This document shows positions 1-6,980 of a stretch of DNA of 16,065 bases, one piece after another. Numbering within the stretch: the first letter of the stretch is position 1; every line of letters begins with the position of its first letter. Position numbers and translations under genes: made by a program. Under the pieces are notes generated by a model. The model made no database searches. It worked only from the letters and a program-made list of their open reading frames with translations, and was not told the origin of the DNA. The stretch spans positions 1 to 16,065 of the forward strand of contig JALUCS010000040.1 of assembly GCA_027050205.1 (NCBI GenBank). Reading direction: 5' to 3'. This DNA is from a candidate division WOR-3 bacterium. Lineage in GTDB: Bacteria; Hydrothermota; Hydrothermia; LBFQ01.

Positions 1-15
1 CCGTATAATGCGGGC

Positions 16-354
16 GTGTCTGCGGAGGATCCTGCTGGCCGCTCGTGGATCCTGAAAAACTACGAGATACCGCCCGATACGGCGGACGAGATTGAGAGGT
101 TCCTATCCCGGAATCCGGAGGTCCGGGAGGTCCTCAAGGAGGCCCCTTTCTATATCCGCCGCATAGTCGGGGACTATCCTCTGTTGTTGGAGCTGGTGAG
201 GGAGCCGGAGGAGGACTGGGAGGAGCTTTTTGTGGTGGTGAAGACGGATCTGGATGTGGAAGAGGCCCTGGAGCTGGATGACCGCATCTTTGACCTCTGG
301 TTCAAGGACGCCATGCGGAAAGTCGTAGGGAAGTTGGAGATAACCGTAAGGTAG
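16..354 (+). CDS. Acidic hypothetical protein; putative antitoxin partner of the downstream HEPN protein (possible degenerate MNT-like fold)
   Basis: 112-aa ORF with GTG start 6 nt after TATAAT (4-9). Stop is 1 nt before the HEPN ATG. Very D/E-rich; no GS..DxD nucleotidyltransferase motif visible. Confidence 0.75.
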   Translation: MSAEDPAGRSWILKNYEIPPDTADEIERFLSRNPEVREVLKEAPFYIRRIVGDYPLLLELVREPEEDWEELFVVVKTDLDVEEALELDDRIFDLWFKDAMRKVVGKLEITVR

Positions 355-355
355 A

Positions 356-757
356 ATGGCGTTCAGATGGGAGGAATACTTTGAGTTAGCGAAAAAGATA
401 AACGAAACTTTCAAGGGGGAGGCCGCACGGCGGACCGTTATAAGCAGGGCCTATTACTCTATGTTCTGCCTTGCGAGGGATTGTATCGGATATAAAAATG
501 CGGTTAAAATTAAAGGTTGGGAAGATTCGGTTCACAAAAAAGTTATACGAGAATTGAAAAGAAAAAATTATGACGATTTCAAAAAAGCGGGACGGAAGTT
601 GGATAGCCTAAGGCAGCTTAGGATAGTAAGCGACTATGATACAGATACAGAAATAACAAAAAAAGATGTTGAATTTGCTATCTCTCTTGCGAAAGAGATC
701 TACAATCTCCTCGTACATGTATGTCCAAACCTAACACGGGAACGTTCCAATCCCTAA
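356..757 (+). CDS. HEPN domain protein (UPF0332-like), putative toxin
   Basis: Motifs ISRAYYSMF, a central His (DSVH) and LRQLRIVSDY (RxxxDY) are typical of this HEPN subfamily. Basic protein, translationally coupled to 16..354. Confidence 0.8.
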   Translation: MAFRWEEYFELAKKINETFKGEAARRTVISRAYYSMFCLARDCIGYKNAVKIKGWEDSVHKKVIRELKRKNYDDFKKAGRKLDSLRQLRIVSDYDTDTEITKKDVEFAISLAKEIYNLLVHVCPNLTRERSNP

Positions 758-816
758 CCCGTACTAATCTTCCCAGGTTATTTCCAGGTTAAACGATCAG
801 CACACGGAGAAAAATT

Positions 817-828
817 CGGGGGTAGAAT
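817..828 (+). promoter_or_regulatory. Leaderless-type -10 promoter CGGGGGTAGAAT of the antitoxin-relE operon
   Basis: 7 nt before ATG 836. An identical 12-mer precedes the gene starting at 6454 (6472-6461, minus strand). Confidence 0.75.
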
Positions 829-835
829 AGAGGAC

Positions 836-1417
836 ATGAAGTTGATAGAGTGGCGTCCAGAGTTTGAAAGGGGGGCTGTGGAGATGCTGAAGGTGGGGGG
901 AGGGGTAGAGAGAGCAAGGGAGAAGGTACTTTTGAGGCTGTTGGAGGACTTCACCCACACCCGCCACCCGTGGGCTTGGTTGCAGAACCATAAGGAACTC
1001 CTGTTTATACTGTTTCGGGAAAGTGCAGGGGAGGTAGAGCGAAGGGGGGAGAGGAGCCAGACGGAATACGAAGGGGATACCGTCCTAAGGAAGGTGTGGG
1101 AGTTAATGGAGGATGCGGAGGGTGAGGGGTTGTTTGAGTTCCTCGCTACGGATAGGGTTTCGGAGGAGTTGAGGGAAGGGGTGGCCTTCAACCTTGCCCT
1201 GATGTGGTTCTTGATCATCGGGATAGATGCCCTCAACAGCGGCCTGATACATACGAAGCATAAGAGGAGGATCTACACCGCCATCAGGCGGGTACTGCGA
1301 GAGCTGGAGGGGTACCTTTCCGATGCCCTGATGCTGAAGGAGATACTTGAGGGGGGAGAGAGTGAGAGGGTAAGCGAGGAAGAGGCCCACGCGATACTTT
1401 TTGGGGATGAGGATTGA
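836..1417 (+). CDS. Hypothetical protein; putative antitoxin of the downstream RelE
   Basis: 193-aa ORF with TAGAAT (823-828) 7 nt before ATG. Overlaps relE by 11 nt. Acidic C-terminal tail EILEGGESERVSEEEAHAILFGDED resembles RelB-type toxin-binding tails. Confidence 0.7.
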   Translation: MKLIEWRPEFERGAVEMLKVGGGVERAREKVLLRLLEDFTHTRHPWAWLQNHKELLFILFRESAGEVERRGERSQTEYEGDTVLRKVWELMEDAEGEGLFEFLATDRVSEELREGVAFNLALMWFLIIGIDALNSGLIHTKHKRRIYTAIRRVLRELEGYLSDALMLKEILEGGESERVSEEEAHAILFGDED

Positions 1418-1694
1418 ATACACGAAACGGGCTTTGAGACTGCACAAGCACATTCCCGGAGAGGTGAAGAACAGGATACGGGCATTCGCAGAGCAGGTGA
1501 AGAGATGCACCAGTGCAGACGAATTGATAAGGTTGAGTAGAGCGGAGAATCTGTCAGGCTTCAAGGGGAGCTATTGGCGGGTAAAGGTAGGGACGTGGCG
1601 GTTGATATTCTCTGTAGAAGGCGACACCGTTGTGGTGGAGTACATAGGACCGAGGGATATGGTTTATAAGCGTATTCGGGACATTTTAAGATGA
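1407..1694 (+). CDS. relE: Type II toxin, RelE/ParE family
   Basis: MRIEYTKRALR...YWRVKVGTWRLIF...VEYIGPRDMVY matches the RelE pattern. ATG 1407 preferred over TTG 1401; 95 aa. Confidence 0.88.
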   Translation: MRIEYTKRALRLHKHIPGEVKNRIRAFAEQVKRCTSADELIRLSRAENLSGFKGSYWRVKVGTWRLIFSVEGDTVVVEYIGPRDMVYKRIRDILR

Positions 1695-1773
1695 AACGGT
1701 ACCCTTTCCAGCTTTATGTTTATTTGTGAGTGGAATTATAGGGGCATCGTGATCTCTTCCACAACCGCCCGTA

Positions 1774-2290
1774 GGTATTACGCTGATAGAGTGATTTCGG
1801 CATTATAGTTCGTATTATATGCCCAGCCCTTCTCCATATAAGGGCAAGTATCTCAACCATATGCCAGAAGGGACTTTTGCTATAGGCGTGTCCCTTCCTA
1901 CGAAGACGAAGGCTATATACGAAGAAGATTATGAAAACCCTCGTTGAGATTCACATAACCATTGTTCTTTTTATGAACCACATGCTCACCCTTCCCCTCA
2001 AACAGGCCTTCGTATCCCCTCCATCCATCCGTATGGTATTCATCAGCTTCGGGTAGAAAATCTATCACTTCCCTTAAACTCTCCCTATCCCTACTTCGTC
2101 GCATCGCTACAAACCTTACCTTGAAATATTTGCTAACATAGATTATACCCGTTATTATCCATACCGCATTCTTCCTCCACCCTACATACGACCACATCTC
2201 GTCAAAACTTATCCTCATTACCCTCTTCAACCGTGAAAACAATATCATTAACATAACTATGTACTTCACCGCATCTTCAAAGTTTTTTTT
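1774..2290 (-). pseudogene. insB: IS1 transposase catalytic (InsB, DDE) portion, interrupted by a frameshift near 1913
   Basis: FDEMWSYVG, HTDGWRGY and NEGFHNLLR motifs lie in ORF 1913..2269. The expected tail SLRLRRKGHAYSKS continues in another frame after the TAG at 1913-1915. Confidence 0.85.
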
Positions 2291-2526
2291 TGAATGTGTG
2301 TCCTTATCGTTGTTGCACCATACCCTAACACCCTCGCTATCGCTGAATAACTCATCCCTTCATCCTTCATCTTCACTGCCATCTTCAGATCCTCCTCCCT
2401 CATCCTCTTGTACTTCGGCCTCTCCACCATCCTCCTTCCACACTCCTTGCACAGGTACGTCTGCCTCCCGTCGGATTTCTTCCCGTTCTTTGCCACCTTC
2501 CTCGACCCGCACCATCTGCATACCAT
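2266..2526 (-). CDS. insA: IS1 InsA-like zinc-ribbon/HTH protein
   Basis: CRWC..KNGK..GRQTYLCKECGR zinc ribbon plus HTH GMSYSAIARVLGYGATTI. ATG 2526 follows GGAGG-rich sequence, but the start is uncertain (the ORF is open to 2643). Confidence 0.85.
   Translation of the reverse strand: MVCRWCGSRKVAKNGKKSDGRQTYLCKECGRRMVERPKYKRMREEDLKMAVKMKDEGMSYSAIARVLGYGATTIRTHIQKKTLKMR
2282..2291 (-). other. Programmed -1 frameshift site (A9C) joining insA to insB
   Basis: Minus strand reads CAA AAA AAA ACT. A -1 slip gives AAC TTT GAA GAT GCG GTG AAG, in frame with insB. Contains the IS1 A6C signal. Confidence 0.85.
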
Positions 2527-2820
2527 CCCTCCCTCCTTCCTCTTCCTTCCTCCTTCTTTCCTCCTTCCTTCCCCCTCTTCTTCCCCTTCGGCATCATCTT
2601 CCTCCTTGTTTCTTCTATCTCCTGAAGCATCAGATTTAGCCACATCATAGCCTACCTATTCTATCCCTGAAATCACCCCATCGGCCAAATACCCTTTCAA
2701 CGGATCCTCGGACACCCGCCATACCGGATTTTGCAACGTCGCTGCGGCTCACCTTCGGAGAGCTGAAGTCGGGTGAGTGATTGGCGGAAACCGCTAAGGT
2801 TCCCTAAACGAACGTAAAAT

Positions 2821-3318
2821 CTACTTAGACCTATTCCCGGAGAGTTTTTCCCTTATCCGTTCAACGTGGGTACCTTCCCAGTATATCTGACCGCACTCTT
2901 TACAGACGGCGAAGTACTCGTTCCTGTGCCATACATAGGGATGGACGAAGCCCACCAACTCGTCCCTATGCACCATCTCCATCTCCCCGTTGCACTTCGG
3001 ACACCTCGTAAAGGGCCGGACGCACCCCTCAAGCCCCAGGTCTTCCACCGTCAGCCTCGCGAATTCCCAAGGGTCTATCCTCTCGGAAGGTACGAGGATC
3101 GTCCTCAACCTCCAGCCCTTGGCAAGGAGGTGGAGGCTCCTGTCGGCAGTCAGCAGGATCCTCCTATCGGCGAGACACCGGGCGAGGATGGACAGGTCGT
3201 CCTCATCCCGAAAGTACAAGGTATCAAAGCCGAGAAGACGGAGGACGCGGGCCAGACGGCCCAGCATCGCATCTACACCGAAGCGAGCGCCCTCACAATC
3301 TGGCGTGCCACTTCCCAT
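2821..3318 (-). CDS. Mut7-C RNase domain protein (PIN fold plus zinc ribbon)
   Basis: VDAMLGRLARVLRLLGFDT, ILLTAD, FTRCPKCNG and CKECGQIYWEGTH motifs. Overlaps the coaBC 3' end; exact start uncertain. Confidence 0.9.
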   Translation of the reverse strand: MGSGTPDCEGARFGVDAMLGRLARVLRLLGFDTLYFRDEDDLSILARCLADRRILLTADRSLHLLAKGWRLRTILVPSERIDPWEFARLTVEDLGLEGCVRPFTRCPKCNGEMEMVHRDELVGFVHPYVWHRNEYFAVCKECGQIYWEGTHVERIREKLSGNRSK

Positions 3319-4412
3319 TTCGCCCCCGAAAATTCCCCAAGGAGACCCTCCCTGCCGTAGAGGAAGACTCGCGTCTCCTCCCGCCCTATTACCTCCGTAG
3401 GGTTGGCCACTACGTAGTCTATGCCCTTCTCCCGCAGTTTCCTCTGGGCCTCGGTGTGGAGTCTGTGCGGCTCCTCAAGGGCGAACCCCACGATTATCCC
3501 CCTCTTCTCCCCAGCGATGGAGGTAAGGACGTCCCTGGTCCTGACGAGGTTGAGGGTAAGGCTCTCCGAGTTTTTCTTGATCTTCCCCTTCCGGTACTCC
3601 GGCCTGTAGTCGGATACGGCCGCTGCCATAAAGAGGTAGTCGTAGTCCATCCCCTTAAGTACTTCGTAGAGTTCCTCAACCGTACGCACCCTGTGGAGTT
3701 CCCTTGCGGGGGCGACATCAACGTCCCCACAGGCGATGGCAACGACGTAGGCACCGGCGGAGGTCAGGGCGGAGGCGAGGGCTATCCCCATCCTCCCCGA
3801 AGAGCGGTTCGTTATCACCCGGACGTCGTCTATAGGCTCTTGGGTACCGCCGTAGGTTATCACCACCCGCTTACCCTCCCAGAAGCTCCGGAGTTTGCCT
3901 ACATCCTCAACGTAGGCGGCTACGTCCTCCGGCTCCATCATCCTCCCCTCCCCTACGTCTCCGCTGGCCAACTCCCCGGTACCGACGGGTAGGATCACGT
4001 GGCCGAAACGCTTCAGGGTTGAGAGGTTCCTCCGTAGGATGGGATTCCGCCACATCTCCGTATGCATAGCCGGGGCGAAGTGTATGGGTCCGTTATAGGC
4101 GGCGGCTATGGAGGTCAATAGGTCGTCTGCTATACCGTTGGCCACCTTCCCTATGACGTTGAAAGTGGCCGGGGCGACTATGAAGAGGTCGGGCCAGCGG
4201 GCGAGGTCTATGTGGGTGTTTCCCCTGAAGAAGTCCCCCTCGGTGAAGACCTCCGCCCCCGCCAGCTCCTGAAAGGACAGGGGGGCAACGAAGTGGAGGC
4301 TCCCCCTCGTCAGTACGACCTTCAGGTTATGCCCACGTTTGAAGAGGAGACGGGCGAGGATCAGGGACTTGTAGGCGGCTACGCTGCCGCTAACCCCTAT
4401 CAGAACCTTCAC
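3273..4412 (-). CDS. coaBC: Bifunctional phosphopantothenoylcysteine decarboxylase / phosphopantothenate-cysteine ligase
   Basis: GVSGSVAAYK, HIDLA, APAT, PAM, GGTQEPIDDVRVITNRSSGRMG, AAAVSDY, KIKK and VGFALE motifs; follows rpoZ. Confidence 0.96.
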   Translation of the reverse strand: MKVLIGVSGSVAAYKSLILARLLFKRGHNLKVVLTRGSLHFVAPLSFQELAGAEVFTEGDFFRGNTHIDLARWPDLFIVAPATFNVIGKVANGIADDLLTSIAAAYNGPIHFAPAMHTEMWRNPILRRNLSTLKRFGHVILPVGTGELASGDVGEGRMMEPEDVAAYVEDVGKLRSFWEGKRVVITYGGTQEPIDDVRVITNRSSGRMGIALASALTSAGAYVVAIACGDVDVAPARELHRVRTVEELYEVLKGMDYDYLFMAAAVSDYRPEYRKGKIKKNSESLTLNLVRTRDVLTSIAGEKRGIIVGFALEEPHRLHTEAQRKLREKGIDYVVANPTEVIGREETRVFLYGREGLLGEFSGAKWEVARQIVRALASV

Positions 4413-4641
4413 CCTCTACTGCCCCTTCCTCCAGGCGACGGTAAGGTATGCCCTTCTCCACGAAGAGGCGGGCGGCCACGATGACGGGGTTGCCCTTTAT
4501 CTTCTCCCCCTTCCTCATCTGCCTCCTCCGCAGGAGGTAGCGGGCGTACTTACCGATAACGACGATGGCCTCGTACTTGGTGCGGGCCTTCTTCTCGTAC
4601 TCCGTTATGTTGAAAAGCTCCTCCAACCGTACCTTCGCCAT
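4390..4641 (-). CDS. rpoZ: DNA-directed RNA polymerase omega subunit
   Basis: TKYEAIVVIGKYARYL...NPVIVAARLFVEKGI resembles omega, and the position upstream of coaBC is conserved. ATG 4641 lies 7 nt after TAGAAT (4654-4649); 83 aa. Confidence 0.82.
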   Translation of the reverse strand: MAKVRLEELFNITEYEKKARTKYEAIVVIGKYARYLLRRRQMRKGEKIKGNPVIVAARLFVEKGIPYRRLEEGAVEGEGSDRG

Positions 4642-4646
4642 GGGGA

Positions 4647-6233
4647 CTATTCTAAGGTTGGCTTCTCCTCCACCCTTGAGCGGGATACCCACCGGTAGAT
4701 GGCCTCACCGCCGACGTAGAGGCCAAGGAGGAAGAGGACGATAGCAAACACCACCGCCACGTAGTTCGGCCTATCGGAGGAGATGAGGACGTTTATCTGG
4801 TAGGCGAGGGCGGATAGGGTTACCAGGAGCATAAAGAGGCCGGGAAGCATAGCAGGGAGGGAGGTCCTTCCGAGGCTCATGAGGTAACCCGTCACCACGA
4901 GGAGGGAGAGGGCAGCGAGGAGCTGGTTGGCGGCACCGAAAACCGTCCATAACTTCCCGGCTTGGCCACCGAGGATTATCAGGGCAGCCACGCCAACGAC
5001 TATAGCCGAAGAGAGGTACATATTCCTCACCCTGAAGAGTTCCTCCGTTACGTATCGGGCTATGCGGGTGGCCGTGTCCAAGGTGGTGAGGATGAAGGCG
5101 TTGAGGACGAGGATGGCGAAGTACCCCCCGTACTTACCGAGGAAGGGGGTGATGTTGGAGACGCCCCTACCGAAGGTTCCTATGGGGTTCTTGAGGTCCA
5201 GGCCGGAGGAAAGGGACCCCACGGCCACTATCACCAAGAGGGCCAGCGCCCCCTCCATCAGCATCCCCCCGTAGCCTATCCTCTGGGCGTACTTCTCCGA
5301 AGGGAGCTGCTTCGCCGTCGTACCGGAGGCTATGAGGGAGTGAAAACCGGAGATGGCCCCACAGGCGATGGTGACGAACAGGAAGGGGACGAAGGGGAAG
5401 GGGGCGGGGGACTCCTTCAGGAGCGGGGGGAGGTGCATCACCCTACCCGATACCAACGCCCCGAAGAGCATAAGGGCCATGCTCCCTATGAGGAGGTAGG
5501 CCGAGAGGTAGTCCCTCGGCTGCAACAGGTACTGGACGGGGATGAGGGAGGCGATATAGGCGTAGATGAAGAGGGTCACCATCCATACGGCGTAGGAGGC
5601 CTTTACGGGCATGATCTCACCGAGGGGGATGAGTAGGAGCATTAAGGTGACCGTTATTACGGTGGATAGTACGACGTTGAGGCCGAGGCGATAGGAGAGG
5701 AGGCCGAAGACGAAGGCTACCGGTATCAGGCCGAGGGAGGGCCAGACTATGTGAGGGTCCTTGACGTAGGAGCTAGCGGCGTAATGGGCGAAGACGGCTA
5801 TTATCAAGACGAGGGCGAACCACACGAACAGGGAGAATACCACCCTCGCCCTCTCGGAGATGTACCTACGGGAGTTCTCGGATATGCTCGTCGCATCGTT
5901 CCGGATGGAGACCATCAGGGAGCCGAGGTCGTGAACCCCACCCATAAAGACGCTGCCGAGGAGGACCCAGAGGATGGCGGGGAGCCACCCCCAGTACATG
6001 AGGGCGAGGGTCGGACCCACTATGGGGCCGGCTCCGGCTATGGATGCGAAGTGATGGCCGAAGAGGACGAGCCAGTTCTTCGCCGGTACGAAATCCTTCC
6101 CATCGTACAGCCGCTTTGAAGGAGGCTCAACCGAGGGGTCAACGCCTAACAGGTTGGCTATCCATCGTCCGTACAGGAAGTACCCCCCAAGGAGGAACAG
6201 AAGCCCGACTATCACCAGGGCGATAACAGGCAT
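4647..6233 (-). CDS. cstA: Carbon starvation protein A (peptide/pyruvate transporter family)
   Basis: DGKDFVP, LFGHHFASIAGAGPIVGP, TIACGAISGFHSL, IGYGGMLMEG, LTTLDTATR and FGAANQLLA motifs; many TM helices. Confidence 0.96.
   Translation of the reverse strand: MPVIALVIVGLLFLLGGYFLYGRWIANLLGVDPSVEPPSKRLYDGKDFVPAKNWLVLFGHHFASIAGAGPIVGPTLALMYWGWLPAILWVLLGSVFMGGVHDLGSLMVSIRNDATSISENSRRYISERARVVFSLFVWFALVLIIAVFAHYAASSYVKDPHIVWPSLGLIPVAFVFGLLSYRLGLNVVLSTVITVTLMLLLIPLGEIMPVKASYAVWMVTLFIYAYIASLIPVQYLLQPRDYLSAYLLIGSMALMLFGALVSGRVMHLPPLLKESPAPFPFVPFLFVTIACGAISGFHSLIASGTTAKQLPSEKYAQRIGYGGMLMEGALALLVIVAVGSLSSGLDLKNPIGTFGRGVSNITPFLGKYGGYFAILVLNAFILTTLDTATRIARYVTEELFRVRNMYLSSAIVVGVAALIILGGQAGKLWTVFGAANQLLAALSLLVVTGYLMSLGRTSLPAMLPGLFMLLVTLSALAYQINVLISSDRPNYVAVVFAIVLFLLGLYVGGEAIYRWVSRSRVEEKPTLE
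4649..4654 (-). promoter_or_regulatory. -10 box TAGAAT for rpoZ-coaBC-Mut7-C, embedded in the last codons of cstA
   Basis: TTA GAA TAG at the cstA end contains TAGAAT, 7 nt before the rpoZ ATG. Confidence 0.65.
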
Positions 6234-6265
6234 AGCGGTAGTATTTTACACCCGGAGGATGCATT

Positions 6266-6454
6266 CTAACCATCCATATTGGATATGACCCTCTCAAGGA
6301 GGTATCCGATTACGAAGATGAATAAACCTGCGAAGAAGAATGTAGCCTCCCATCTCATACTACCCGCAGTGAGACCCACGTAGAGGCCAAGAAGCACCCA
6401 CATTATTCCGCTGGCCTGCGTGAACTTGGCTATGAAGTACCCCACCAACTTCAC
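6266..6454 (-). CDS. Small membrane protein (2 TM), hypothetical
   Basis: 62 aa with two hydrophobic stretches. GTG lies 6 nt after TAGAAT (6466-6461). Confidence 0.75.
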   Translation of the reverse strand: MKLVGYFIAKFTQASGIMWVLLGLYVGLTAGSMRWEATFFFAGLFIFVIGYLLERVISNMDG

Positions 6455-6584
6455 CCCCCAATTCTACCCCCGATGCGGGTATCCGGGAGGTAAAGGGGCA
6501 AAACCACCCGTGGAGAATCCGACCGTCAACTTCTGAAAGCGAGGGATAGACTTCCTTGCCCAGAACCCCAAGCGGTGGATAAAC

Positions 6585-6733
6585 GGGATTACGCTGATAG
6601 AGGCCATTCGCTCGTATTCCTTATAGCCAATTCTGAACGGACAGCCACCTTTGGTTTGAAATGCACATACTGCTGATTCGGAAAACCTCGCTTTCTCCGT
6701 ACGGATAAACTATCCCCCTACCGTCGTAATGCC
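6585..6733. mobile_element. MITE-like unit 1, bounded by degenerate IS1 ends (149 bp)
   Basis: Left end GGGATTACGCTGATAGAG is 17/18 identical to the IS end at 1774. Right end CCCTACCGTCGTAATGCC is 13/18 identical to its reverse complement. Confidence 0.6.
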
Positions 6734-6752
6734 CGGTTTTGAAAGGATATTG

Positions 6753-6980
6753 GGTATCACGCTGATAGAGTGAGGATTGCTCCGCAGCCCTATCAAACGG
6801 GACAGCAGAAATTTAAAGGTGAGCTTTCGGTTTACGAAAGTGAAGCTTTACATTTCTTAAATAGGGATTAGAGATTTCTTAAAGGATAAGTTTCAGATTT
6901 TGTAAAGTGCATTCGTCTCCCGTCGAACGGCAAACGGAACCCCGGACAACGGACAGGTATCCCCCTACCAGCTCAATACC
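6753..6980. mobile_element. MITE-like unit 2, bounded by degenerate IS1 ends (228 bp)
   Basis: Left end GGTATCACGCTGATAGAGTGA is 20/21 identical to the IS end at 1774. Right end CCCTACCAGCTCAATACC is 14/18 identical to its reverse complement. Shares TATCCCCCTACC and AACGG(G)ACAGC with unit 1. Confidence 0.65.

Larger units (their letters stand above)
1774..2693 (-). mobile_element. IS1-family insertion sequence, 920 bp, probably inactive
   Basis: Imperfect terminal inverted repeats GGTATTACGCTGATAGAGTGATTTC (1774-1798) and, on the minus strand, GGTATTTGGCCGATGGGGTGATTTC (2693-2669) enclose insA/insB-like ORFs. No target-site duplication visible. Confidence 0.9.

Noticed and set aside
752..794. 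Possible integron attC (CCCTAAC ... GTTAAAC) after the HEPN gene
   Set aside because: Only 43 bp, the first box misses RYYYAAC, there is no internal dyad, and no integrase is in the window.
2259..2650. Ser/Pro-rich plus-strand ORFs 2259..2639 and 2408..2650
   Set aside because: Antisense shadows of the purine-rich insA region.
2701..2820. tRNA or known ncRNA next to the IS
   Set aside because: No cloverleaf, T-loop GTTC motif or CCA end; only the hairpins reported as a finding.
4927..6119. Long plus-strand ORFs opposite cstA, and similar ones opposite coaBC, metG and the ankyrin gene
   Set aside because: Shadow ORFs expected in GC-rich DNA; no motifs or start signals, and fully overlapping confident genes.
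6500..6910. Possible oriC (TTATCCACC at 6582-6574 plus an AT-rich tract)
   Set aside because: One near-consensus DnaA box and only weak others, no dnaA/dnaN context; the region is better explained by IS-end-bounded units.
6585..6980. CRISPR array
   Set aside because: Only two degenerate units, with long unequal spacing and inverted ends; no cas genes.
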